Assembly (NCBI RefSeq): GCF_006345805.1
Contig: NC_043018.1
Coordinates: 29,140,001 to 29,204,000 of the forward strand
DNA: 64,000 bases
Reading direction: 5' to 3'
Source: Octopus sinensis
Taxonomy: Eukaryota
Shown here in pieces: positions 1 through 11,672 of this stretch. Every line of letters starts with the position of its first letter. Positions within the stretch are counted from its first letter, which is position 1. Under the pieces are notes generated by a model. The model did no database searches, was not told where the DNA came from, and saw only the letters and a list, made by a program, of their open reading frames with translations. The position numbers were made by a program, and so were the translations under genes.

Positions 1-898
1 TAGTAGAAAGGGTTATTGCATGAAAATGATTATATGAAGGAAAGTGAGCGTGCTGCATTAATCTGTGGCATAGGTAGGGTTCGAGTCCACTCGGAGAAGC
101 CATTCACTCTGTTGCTACTTTCCTGGGTCCCCACAAAATATACGGCATATACTACAACATATACAATTATAGCATATACAACACAGGGATTTCCCCATAA
201 CGCTTTGTTTGTCCTGTGTGCCTCATGTGGTACGCAGGACATAGCTTACTTGCTTACATACATCAGGTATGATACACATTCCCGGTTTGAGAGGAAATGT
301 TTTACTTTATTCAGAACGTATAAACCAACGATTAACTAAAGATCTGAAAATAAGCATAGATTTTTAGCATAAACTTATTAAAACATTCTCGACCGGCAAA
401 GAGTTGTACAGACACACAGACACGTAGACACACACACAAACAAATGGAGAGGGGGATACAGAGAGAGAAAGGGACAGACAGACAGAAACAGAAATATAAA
501 TGAATTTATTATTAACTACGTTGTGAACCATTATAATATTACATATACATACTGAAATATCGTATGCTTCTAATTCACACCAAACACAAATTTAAAAGTA
601 AGAATAAAACTAAACGTTTCCCTAAATGAAGGACTGTGCGTAGTATCTTGATATTAAAAGATTTGAAATTTAACACAGCTTAGAAAGGCTTGTATAGCAG
701 GCCCGAAAGTACCATGCCACTTGCCACTCTAGCTGCGAACGAAGTACTACATAGACTTGTGGAGTAGTGGAATTTCGGGATGGACGGCGTTTTGGATTAA
801 ATGATTTTTCGTCTTTTAAGTTCTTATTCCGCTGAGGTTGATTAACTCCACTTTACACCCTTCATGGTTTAGTAAATAAACAGCCTCTGCCTATACAG

Positions 899-996
899 GA
901 AATCGTTGGTAATTTAAGGACTAACTGGAGCATCACATTATTTATCTTACTACCAATCCTGCGAAGCTGGTTGACGGGGTTTCGCATTCTTGCAAT
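899..996 (+). other. Candidate internal exon (unverified)
   Basis: cctctgcctatacAG acceptor, 98 nt open in frame 0 (EIVGNLRTNWSITLFILLPILRSWLTGFRILA), donor GTAAGT at 997. No recognisable homology. Confidence 0.2.
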
Positions 997-1039
997 GTAA
1001 GTAAAAATATCCTTCAAATATTCTTTTCTACTCTAGGCG

Positions 1040-1640
1040 TAGTGCTCAAAATTTTTTAGGAGGGAGCCAGTCGATTAGATCGACCCCAGTACGCAACTGC
1101 TACGTAATTTATCGACCCCGAAAGTATGAAAGGTTAAGTCGACTTCGGCGGAATTTGAACTCAGAACGTAAAGCGAGAGGAAATACCTCTAGGCATTTCA
1201 CCCGGCGTGCTAACGTTCCTTACTTCTTTATTGCCCACAAGGGGCTAAACATAGAGGGGACAAACAAGGACAGACAAACAGATTAAGGCGGTTACATCGA
1301 CCCCAGTGCGTAACTGGTACTTAATTTATCGACAACGAAATGATGAAAGGCACAGTCGACCACGGCGGAATTTGAACTCAGAACATAAAGACAGACAAAA
1401 TACCTATTTCTTTATTACCCACAAGGGGCTAAACACAGAGGAGACAAACAAGGACAGACAAACGGATTAAATCGATTATATCGACCCCAGTGCGTAACTG
1501 GTATTTATTTAATTGACCCCGAAAGGATGAAAGGCAAAGTCGACCTCGGCGGAATTTGAACTCAGAACGTAACGGCAAACGAAATACCACTTAGCATCTC
1601 GGTTGTCGTGCTGCTAACGTTTCTGCCAGCTCGCCGCCCT
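1040..1640 (-). mobile_element. SINE family A multimer (about 3 head-to-tail copies)
   Basis: Repeated tcgaccccagtgcgtaactggtac...ggcggaatttgaactcagaac. On the minus strand the head is GGCGGCGAGCTGGCAGAA with B-box GAGTTCAAATTCC. Confidence 0.8.
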
Positions 1641-2927
1641 AAATATCGCTCAAATATTCGGATAAATTTCAGTGAAATGCACATTTGCTGGGAATTTGCG
1701 TTTTAGTTATATAGAAAATTTGTTGTGAGTTATGGGAATAATAAGCGCAGTTGATTAAATGTCTTGCAGTTTTAAGCTGTCGCAAGTTATGCTTTGCTTC
1801 CAAATCCCACCAAGGCAACGTTAAGTTTATTCCTATTCGGATAACATATACTTCAACCCTGTTATTGTATAACTTGGCAACATAAACTATTTGCTATTTT
1901 TATAGGTTTGTTTCCTGTTATATGTTTGTATGCCACGAACTCTTTACATAGATATAAGCCATAGTTTTACGGCCGATATTTTCAATATTGTTTCTAGTTG
2001 CTGTTTGTTCTTGGAAAAAAATGTTCAATATTGCTTTTCCTTGCTCTTGGCATTAGGAACATATTTTCAATAATAACTTCTGGCCATTGTTGACTTTAGG
2101 AAGATTCTTTTAATATAAGTTCCTGTTGGTTCTATGAATCTATTTCATAACAGGCTTTTCATCAATAGTAAAAATGTTGCTGTTGTATCATCGAAAACAT
2201 TAAACTTACGATCAAAGACATTCTAACCATGCCCCCCTCGCATATGTCTTAAGTTTGTTTTCCGCTACAATTTCCGACATGTCGATCGATTATGTAGAAA
2301 CATACTTCTTGACACTAATCTATTTCTACTGAACAAATGGTAAATTTAACAACGATTTATATTGATTTCAAATCTTGACACAAGGCCAGCAATTTTAGAG
2401 GGAGGGGCTAAATCGATTACATCGATCCCAGTACTCGGCTGGTACTTATTCTATCGATCTCGAAAGAGATGAAAGGCAAAGTTGACTCCGGTATAAACAA
2501 ATATTTATATTAAAAGTTACATATAATGGTAAAAACAACTGATAATTCGAAATACGATTAATGCTTGTATTCTTTCAAGTGTGTCGGCTTTCAGTGACAA
2601 AAAAATTACTATCGCCAAAACTGGTTCAATGTCCAGTCAGCCATGTCAATTTTTCAGCAACCAAACTGCCGCGCCGAATTGTTTCTTTGCCCTCTTTTTA
2701 TCATTAACTTCTCAAGATAACTTCTCAAGGCGCAGGAGTAGCTGTGTGGTAAGTAGCTTGCTTACCAACCACACGGTTCCGGGTTCAGTCCCACTGCGTG
2801 GCATCTTGGGCAAGTGTCTTCTGCTATTGCCTCGGGCCGACCAATGCCTTGTGAGTGGATTTGGTAGACGGAAACTGAAAGAAGCCTGTCGTATTTATGT
2901 ATATATATATTTTTATATATATATATA

Positions 2928-3697
2928 CTAAGTAATTAAGGGTTTAGCAACGATTTGCCTCACCACACACCGAGTTTAGAAATAGCAGTCAAAGAGTTCT
3001 GGCTATTCTTTCTACTTAAAAGGGAGATCTCAGTAAAACCACAGCACTTAAAAGGCAAACGCAGGCAAAAGAGAAAGAAATGACGACAATCATTCTATAT
3101 TAAGTCACCTACGGACGTACGTTTCGAAATTAAGTCTTAGGAAAGCATAAAAAATAGATAATTATGTCTTACCCAACTATTTTTCTCTTCAGCGTAGGAC
3201 TCTACAATTATGAATAATTGTATATTAAATTTGGAGGTACTAGAAGACATCACCTCAACTCATGGTATCAGAGCGAGCGTAAGCCGTTACCAGTATCACC
3301 AAATTCAAAGTGTGAATGAAAGTTTGTGTCACCAACCTCCTCCCACCAGCGTGCTGCCAGGATAAGATGTTGTGGTTATTTACTGGGATGAAATATGGTT
3401 ATCGGTAATAATATAGGGTGAAATTAATTCACACTTTGAATTTGGTGATACTGGTAACGGCTTAAGCCTTTTAAGTGCTGTGGTTTTACTGAGATCTCCC
3501 TTTTAAGTAGAAAGAATAGCCAGAACTCTTTGACTGCTATTTCTAAACTCGGTGTGTGGTGAGGCAAATCGTTGCTAAACCCTTAATTACTTAGTATTAC
3601 TTAAACCTTCCTCGAATGGGGCTTTTACATGCCGAAATCTACTTGGTGAAATTAACGATTATTCCAAATTAATTAATTTCACCCTATATTATTACTG

Positions 3698-3700
<3 letters not shown>
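2928..3700. mobile_element. HHR-bearing inverted-repeat element (PLE pseudo-LTR-like)
   Basis: 129-bp inverted arms 2928-3056/3466-3594 plus inner 38-bp inverted arms 3280-3317/3427-3464. Contains an HHR at 3108-3198 and is bounded by (TA)n. Confidence 0.7.
3108..3198 (-). ncRNA. Type I hammerhead ribozyme, intact core
   Basis: Minus strand reads CCTACG-CTGAAGA-[60-nt helix II closed by GAAA/TTTC]-GAAA-CGTACG-TC-CGTAGG. 6-bp helix I, palindromic helix III ACGTACGT, GUC cleavage triplet. Confidence 0.85.
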
Positions 3701-3747
<47 letters not shown>

Positions 3748-4084
3748 ATATGTTTGTGTGTCTGTGTTTGTTTTCCCCACCATCGCTTGACAACCGATGC
3801 TGGTGTGTTTACATCCCCGACACTTAGCGATAGAATAAGTACTATCGGGGTCGATTTGCTCGACTAAAGGTGGTGCTCCAGCATGGCTGCTGTCAAATGA
3901 GCGAAACAAGTAAAAGAGGGATAAAAAAAGAGTATACAATATAAAAAAAATGTTACTAAACAACGTAGAATGTTAAAGGAAATACATTACCGTTGCTGAT
4001 GCTGCTGCTTGTTTGTTTGTTTGTCTGTTTGTTGAGCGAAGAGGCCTTCGTCCCAGAGTGGGAGAAGTCCGAAACGTGGTCCTT

Positions 4085-4385
4085 TTCTATTCGTAATACC
4101 CGCAGAAGAAAAAGCAGGTCAACCCCCGACACCGAGAGCCTCGACGGATGGATATGAATACGTGTCCAGGCTCAGCGGTTGCGTAGGAAGTTAGGGACAA
4201 GAAACAGGAAGAAAGAGTGAGAGAAAGTTGGAGCGAAGGAGTAGAACAGGGGTCACCACCACCCCCTGCCGGAGCCTCGTGGAGCTTTAGGTGTTTTCGC
4301 TTAATATACACGCTCAACACCCGGTCTGGGAATCGAAACCGCGATCCTCCGACCGCGAGACTGCTGCCCTAACTATTGGGCCATT
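4085..4385 (-). mobile_element. SINE family D (tRNA head, core shared with 20482-20770)
   Basis: Minus strand tggcccaatagttagggcagc...ggtttcgattcccagaccggg gives A/B boxes. Shares gctccacg...ccggcag...tttctctcactctttc with the copy at 20.5 kb. Confidence 0.7.
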
Positions 4386-4408
4386 GCTGCTGCTGCTGTC
4401 GTAGTTAA

Positions 4409-4458
<50 letters not shown>

Positions 4459-5754
4459 ATAGTAGTAGTAGCAGCAACAACAACAGTTGTAACGATAGTA
4501 GTTGCCAATGCTGTCTGAGCAGGCGCACGGTGTGCCACGCGTCAGGTGTCGAAGTGATCGCAGAACAATTTGAGGTGAAGTGTTTTGCTCAAGAACACAA
4601 CACACCACCCTGTCGATCAAGGAATTGAGACCACTATCTAGTGTTCTTGAATGCGACACCCTAAACACTAAGTCACGTGTCCTCAAACACACACAAGGCT
4701 TTTGTCGAACTAATCGACACAGAAGCTGACATTCGTCTATCCATCTTCTCTGCCAACCTTTTCTGCGATTGCTGTTTTGTGTTGGCAGAGACTTCTGAGA
4801 GTTAGGACCTATGCAGGGTTTTAAAAGCAAACGTCGTTACATTTTCCTGTTGGATGTCCTACCCTAACCAGCTGGGATTCTGAATATTATCTAACCCTTT
4901 CATTCTCAATCAAACCCATAGGTCATTTGAATAGCTATATCAAATCGAAAATTCAATATCAGTTTTTTTTACAATTGTCACAACAAAACTATTAGAATAA
5001 AGTTGGGTGATAACTTTAGTCAACCTTTCCAGATGGTGGTACCAGTTATTATATTGGAATTAATTCTGTAAATATTGAAGGATCACGCAAAAAGTGAACG
5101 CGTGTGGACGTTAAATGTTTGTGATTCTTATAATACGATTCAGTGATTAAATGTCCGCCATTAATAAGATAATTACATAACATTCCACATATATCATAAT
5201 TTCTATGACATGTGATATGATGCGGTCACAAGTTGTCGGCAAAAGAAATCTGTATCGCATATTTGAAGTGAACCATTTGGTATTAACGTTGCATCTCAGA
5301 GGTTGATATTTCTCGACTGCTGTGACTATAAAGTGAGACAGGCTTAATAAATATACCATTAATTTGTAATGGAGATTAGGATCGAACTAACTTTTTACGC
5401 TTGAACGAACAAATTAACTTTGAGAAATACATAATGTAGAACCTAAAAGATGTCAATATATTGAACAGATTGTTTCTTAAACGGAACGAAAGATTTAGAA
5501 ATCTCAAAGCCAAACACAAATGCAAATATCTATACAAACAGACACAGACACACACACACACACTTGTATACTCATACGTACGCTCACACAGGCAGAGATC
5601 ACACGCACAAGCCTTTCTCTCGCTTTCTCTTTGATAACCTCTCTTGAGACATACATACATACATACGTATACATACATATTTATATATAATGTGCATCAT
5701 TATGTTTGTATGTATATATATATATATATGTGATGTGTGTATGTTTGTATTATG

Positions 5755-5807
<53 letters not shown>

Positions 5808-5926
5808 ACAATCAAGGAACGGCCATAATAGGCCATTCACCCACTAGAAATAACAGCCAAAGCTTCAACCGCAAATAAAGATCAATTCCGTAAACGAGAA
5901 AAATTTAAAAAAACATTTACCCTGTA

Positions 5927-6033
5927 ATTTCTTGTACGATGCACCGTTTCATCTGCTGTTTAATGGTAAACTAACCTGATTAAATTAAATCAAGCCAATC
6001 TTCCATAGGCCCTCAGATTCTTCAGCAAGAAAT
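5927..6033 (-). ncRNA. Type I hammerhead ribozyme (array copy 1)
   Basis: Reverse complement of the motif at 7292-7398. Confidence 0.85.
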
Positions 6034-6330
6034 AGCCACGTCGGAACAGATATTTTCACGAGGCATTTCAGACCCTGCCAAGGTAATATCTGACCTAAAA
6101 TTTTCAAATCGTCGCACTCGCGCCAAATTTATCGGCAGCAAATAAATATAAGCCGTCGATTCCATTACGGAATTAACCAGAAAATTCATAATTAATCAAT
6201 ATAGGGTGGCAAAAAAAATTTTGTAGAATTCTTTTTGCCACCAGCGGCCTAGTGGGAAAAAATTAAATAGTCATAGACCATTTTTAACATCAACAATCAA
6301 GGAACGGCCATAATAGGCCATTCACCCACA

Positions 6331-6433
6331 TTCTTGCTGAAGAATCTGAGGGCCTATGGAAGATTGGCTTGATTTAATTTAATCAGGTTAGTTTACCATT
6401 AAACAGCAGATGAAACGGTGCATCGTACAAGAA
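6331..6433 (+). ncRNA. Type I hammerhead ribozyme (array copy 2)
   Basis: TTCTTG-CTGAAGA-ATCTG...CAGAT-GAAA-CGGTGCATCG-TA-CAAGAA. Predicted cleavage after 6427. Confidence 0.85.
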
Positions 6434-6832
6434 ATTACAGGGTAAATGTTTTTTTAAATTTTTTTAAAATTTTTCTCCTGTTTACGGAATTGATCTTTAT
6501 TTGCGGTTGAAGCTTTGGCTGTTATTTCTAGTGGGTGAATGGCCTATTATGGCCGTTCCTTGATTGTTGATGTTGAACTTAAAAATGGTCTATGACTATT
6601 TAATTTTTTCCCACTAGGCCGCTGGTGGCAAAAAGAATTCTACAAAATTTTTTTTGCCACCCTATATTGATTAATTAAGAATTTTCTGGTTAATTCCGTA
6701 ATGGAATCGACGGCTTATATTTATTTGCTGCCGATAAATTTGGCGCGAGTGCGACGATTTGAAAATTTTAGGTCAGATATTACCTTGGCAGGGTCTGAAA
6801 TGCCTCGTGAAAATATCTGTTCCGACTTGGCT

Positions 6833-6904
6833 ATTTCTTGATTTAATTTAATCAGATTAGTTTACCATTAAACAGCAGATGAAACGGTGCATCGTACAAG
6901 AAAT
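6833..6904 (+). ncRNA. Hammerhead remnant (array copy 3), catalytic core deleted
   Basis: A 35-bp deletion between two cttg microhomologies removes CTGAAGA-ATCTG. The 3' half is intact. Confidence 0.8.
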
Positions 6905-7291
6905 TACAGGGTAAATGTTTTTTAAAATTTTTCTCCTGTTTACGGAATTGATCTTTATTTGCGGTTGAAGCTTTGGCTGTTATTTCTAGTGGGTGAATGG
7001 CCTATTATGGCCGTTCCTTGATTGTTGATGTTGAACTTAAAAATGGTCTATGACTATTTAATTTTTTCCCACTAGGCCGCTGGTGGCAAAAAGAATTCTA
7101 CAAAATTTTTTTTTGCCACCCTATATTGATTAATTATGAATTTTCTGGTTAATTCCGTAATGGAATCGACGGCTTATATTTATTTGCTGCCGATAAATTT
7201 GGCGCGAGTGCGACGATTTGAAAATTTTAGGTCAGATATTACCTTGGCAGGGTCTGAAATGCCTCGTGAAAATATCTGTTCCGACTTGGCT

Positions 7292-7398
7292 ATTTCTTGC
7301 TGAAGAATCTGAGGGCCTATGGAAGATTGGCTTGATTTAATTTAATCAGGTTAGTTTACCATTAAACAGCAGATGAAACGGTGCATCGTACAAGAAAT
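7292..7398 (+). ncRNA. Type I hammerhead ribozyme (array copy 4)
   Basis: ATTTCTTG-CTGAAGA-ATCTG-[58 nt]-CAGAT-GAAA-CGG-TGCA-TCG-TA-CAAGAAAT. 8-bp helix I, 5-bp helix II base, 4-bp helix III, GUA site after 7390. Confidence 0.9.
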
Positions 7399-7695
7399 TA
7401 CAGGGTAAATGTTTTTTAAAATTTTTCTCCTGTTTACGGAATTGATCTTTATTTGCGGTTGAAGCTTTGGCTGTTATTTCTAGTGGGTGAATGGCCTATT
7501 ATGGCCGTTCCTTGATTGTTGATGTTGAACTTAAAAATGGTCTATGACTATTTAATTTTTTCCCACTAGGCCGCTGGTGGCAAAAAGAATTCTACAAAAT
7601 TTTTTTTTGCCACCCTATATTGATTAATTATATATATATATATATATATCTGTGTATGTGTGTATGTGTATGTATATATATACATATATACACAC

Positions 7696-7742
<47 letters not shown>

Positions 7743-8185
7743 GTGTATGTGTGTATGTGTATGTATATATATACATATATACACGTACAAATATACATAC
7801 ACACACACATGTATCTCCACACACGGAGATGTCTGTGTGAATGTACTAAACTAAGGAAGTGAATACTTTTAACGCTGCAGTAATTTGACGTACAATCTCG
7901 CCTTCCTTGAAGAACTCTAAAATATGGATATTTCGTTTATCCAGTTCACTTTCATCCTCCATGATATGATAGTTGAAGTGTTGAAAAATGTACGCAATTC
8001 GTGATGATGATTCCAGTAAGAATAGAGGCACATGTATAAAGTCTCATTCCGTGTTCTACCCACAGAAATTTCTTACAAACGAATTGTGCTGTTCTCAAAG
8101 AACTATAGAGAAGTAGAACATGGTGACTATTTTAAATATGTACGCACGTACATACATACATACACCCACACAGACACCCCACACA

Positions 8186-8241
<56 letters not shown>

Positions 8242-8851
8242 ATTTATTATTATTACGATTATTATCATTATTATATTGTTATTATAAATTTGGGATTTTA
8301 CCAATAGAACCGCCAATCTTGTTTCAGGATAACCTTATTGTAAGGAATACTCATAGAAATTTATATCCAATAAATAATATAAGCAGTTAAAAAACCTACT
8401 ATGAATTACCATAAAATTATTTGAAAATATTTATAACTTACTTGTAATTAGTTTGGGGGTAAAGAAGGTATTTCTAATCAACGCTACACGTATTTCTGTG
8501 CTGGTGGGGTGTTTATCAAGGTTATACCTAATACATAAATAAAGGGCAAAAAGAAAATTTTTCTTTGCCAATATGCTGAAAAATAGACGCTAAATAGTCT
8601 AACTACTTAAAATATTTTCAGTTGTATTATTTCACCACGTACCGAGACGAGGAAAGCAAGCACACAGAAACACATAAAAATAAAAAATATAGTTATCCCC
8701 GAATCGGTCCCGATTTCTGAATAAATCCCAAAAGGGTTAAATCTATAATAGTATTTAAAATTTTTAACTTAAGAGGTATTTTTCATATGCTGGCCAGAAA
8801 TAAAGCTTTTTAATAAAATGTTGTCATTTTATTAGAAGTATATATATATAT

Positions 8852-8931
<80 letters not shown>

Positions 8932-9107
8932 ACCGCTTTATTATCTCCACACTCCCACACACGATATTATTACATTTTAGCCCCAGGAAATCGCCTTTTC
9001 TAGCTGGATTCCTACACATGGTCTGCTTCCGTATATTGTGAGCAACGGAGTTTATTGCCCCCTTTTTAGCCTTAGCGACAACTCTAGACCAATGGATCCT
9101 GGTCTTA

Positions 9108-9301
9108 GTGGTTAGGGGTATTCGGATCATGATCGTAAGGTCGTGAGTTCAATTCCCGGCGGCGCGCTGTGTCCTTGAGCAAGACACTTTATTTCACGTT
9201 GCTCCAGTCCACTCAGCTGGCAAAAATGAGTAGTAGTACCTTTATTTCAAATGTCCGGCCTTGTCACACTCTGTGTCAGGCTGAATCTCCCCGAGAACTA
9301 C
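9108..9301 (+). mobile_element. SINE family C (tRNA-derived), 3' truncated
   Basis: gtggttaggg...gagttcaattccc A/B boxes then gtgtccttgagcaagacacttt. Same family as 19810-20100 and 29583-29895. Confidence 0.75.
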
Positions 9302-10229
9302 GGTACAGTTCAATCGCCGGCTAGAGATGGCAGCCACTTGTCCATAGTATATACTTATAAAGCGATGCACAATCGCTGATCTCGTAATGAGAAAAACAAC
9401 TGCTTTTAATTCTCTGCGCGAGAAATATGGAGTAACAGTAACGAACAGTAAAGTCTATTTACCGACACAACGTGAGAATCCAATACAGTACGATGTTATT
9501 TCTATATGTTTGTATGTTTGTATGTATATGATTGTGCGCTGGATCTCTCTCGGCATACCAGCAAACCACTACCTCCAAGACCATCATATATGTATGTATG
9601 TATTTATGTATGTATGTATGTGTCCCACCATTGTTTCACACCGATGTTGGAGCGTTTGTGTCTCTGTAATTTAGCTGTTCAGCAGAAGATACTGATAGAA
9701 TAAGCACCAGGCTTACAGAGAATAAGTCCAAAGGTCAATTTCTTCAACTAAAGGGTAATGCTCCAGCATGGACATCGCCAAATGAATGAAACAAGTAAAA
9801 GAATTAAAGAATACGAGAAAAACGTTCCGTACCACTAAATCAAGAAGTTTCCTTGAATATGTATGATGTATTCTAAGGTTACATTACTTTCTATATTCTG
9901 TAACTGTCACAATATACATTTCTAGGCCTGAAATTTTTGTGGGGAAGGAGCCAGTTGATTAGATCGATAAATTAAGTACACAATTTGTACTTAATTTATC
10001 AAGCCCCAAAAGACGAAATTCAAAGTCGACCTTGGCAGAATTTGAACTCAGAAGGTAAAGACGGTCATGATATACAAACATTTCTCATGGCACCAGTACA
10101 CTGTTTAAAGATGCTTACATTTTTAATGTTTTCTGTGAATTTTTCACGGGCGCAACTAGTTATTATTATTATCATTATCATTGTTGTTGTTTTATCTGTT
10201 GTTGATGTTCTTGTTGTTGCTAAGGCGAC

Positions 10230-10405
10230 GACTGGCAGAATCCTTAGCACGCCTCGCGAAATGCTTAGCGACATTTCGTCTGTCGCTAAGTTCTGAGATC
10301 AAATTTCGCCGCGGTTCACTTTCGCTTTTATCATTTCGGGTTGGATTAAATAAGTACCAGTTACGCACTTAGCCCTTTCACCCAAATTTCAGGCCTTCTG
10401 CCTTT
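10230..10405 (+). mobile_element. SINE family A copy
   Basis: gactggcagaatccttagcacgcc...agatcaaatttcgccg. Confidence 0.7.
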
Positions 10406-10416
10406 ATTGGGAAAGC

Positions 10417-10553
10417 ATTCTTCTTCTTCTTCTTCTTCTTCTTCTTCTTTATCATCCTCTTCGTCTTCTTCTTCTTCTTCTTCTTCTTTATCATCCTCTT
10501 CTTCTTCTTCTTCTTCTTCTTCTTCTCTTCTTCTTCTTCTTCTTCTTCTTTTA

Positions 10554-10592
<39 letters not shown>

Positions 10593-10622
10593 TTTATATT
10601 ATCATTATTATCATTATTATTA

Positions 10623-10664
<42 letters not shown>

Positions 10665-10709
10665 TTATTATTATTATCATTATTATTATTTTTATTATTA
10701 TCATTATTA

Positions 10710-10760
<51 letters not shown>

Positions 10761-10926
10761 GTAGTAGTAGTAGTAGTAGTAATAGTAGTGGTAGTAATAG
10801 TGGTGGTTGTAGTAGTAGTAGTAGTAGCAGCAGCAGCAACGGCGGCAGCAGTAGTAAAGAAGAAGAAGAAGAAGAAGAAGAAGAAGAAGAAGAAGAAGAA
10901 GAAGAAGAAGAAGAAGAAGAAGAAGC
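10417..10926. repeat. Compound trinucleotide microsatellite (TTC)n-(ATT)n-(AGT)n-(AAG)n
   Basis: Seen directly; it explains the low-complexity ORF 10407-10949. Confidence 0.95.
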
Positions 10927-11227
10927 AATTCAGATTTATTTACTATTAGCAGTGATATCGCTGTTACCACGTTATCTATGGAACAGATAGTCGCCATATT
11001 AACATAACCCACAGCCATATTTAGTTTCAATGGGTAACAGGAAAAAAAAATTTATGTGGCTTCGTATCGTAGCTGTATAAAGCATTTAAAGATTTTATTC
11101 CTCTATATACAAACATAAAAAGCGGTATTGTATCTTCAGAATTCAATAAGCATTGAATAAGGAAACATACGCTCATATACACACGCTGAGATAATCGAAT
11201 CTTTGGATTTAGACACACACGCAGATA

Positions 11228-11278
<51 letters not shown>

Positions 11279-11320
11279 TACACGCAGATAGTACATTTAT
11301 AATATATATACAATATATAT

Positions 11321-11373
<53 letters not shown>

Positions 11374-11392
11374 TACACGCAGATAGTACATT

Positions 11393-11452
<60 letters not shown>

Positions 11453-11556
11453 ATATATACATATATCTATATGTGTGTGTGTATATATGTTTGTATGTAT
11501 GTATATATATGTATACACATATATATATATACACATACCACGCATAATTATATCTA

Positions 11557-11595
<39 letters not shown>

Positions 11596-11635
11596 ATATA
11601 TATACGCATACATACATATATATATATATACATAT

Positions 11636-11672
<37 letters not shown>

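Larger units (their letters stand above)
2729..3920 (+). mobile_element. SINE family B (bipartite, internal TA/TG run) split by an inserted element
   Basis: 5' half 2729-2893 (gtagctgtgtggtaag...ggttcagtcccactgcgtggcatcttgggcaagtgtc) and 3' half ~3735-3920 (caaccgatgctggtgtgtttac...ctccagcatggc) match the intact copies at 29101 and 46232. Confidence 0.8.
5804..7629. repeat. ~494-bp tandem array with internal inversion (retrozyme-like)
   Basis: 5804-6329 is ~1.07 unit in one orientation; 6331-7629 is ~2.6 units in the opposite orientation. Units are near-identical and the array has (TA)n on both sides. Confidence 0.95.

Noticed and set aside
3263-3274. TGGTATCAGAGC, a plant-type tRNA-iMet primer binding site
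   Set aside because: Does not match animal initiator tRNA 3' ends and no LTR or gag-pol lies nearby. Chance 12-mer.
2928-3594. Tc1/mariner MITE interpretation of the 129-bp inverted arms
   Set aside because: The TA flanks are part of a microsatellite context, the sequence continues past the right arm, and an intact hammerhead lies inside. A PLE-type inversion fits better.
4034-4084. Hammerhead-like fold GAG-CGAAGA-GGCCTTC...GAAGTCC-GAAA-CGTGG-TC-CTT
   Set aside because: It needs a base restored in the core (U4) and lies antisense to a SINE tail just before its (CAAA)n end, so it may be coincidental.
8810-9130. ORF with a non-repetitive N-terminal half (AKKGAINSVAHNIRKQTMCRNPARKGDFLG)
   Set aside because: It starts inside a SINE, ends in microsatellite, has no convincing splice pair and no recognisable homology.
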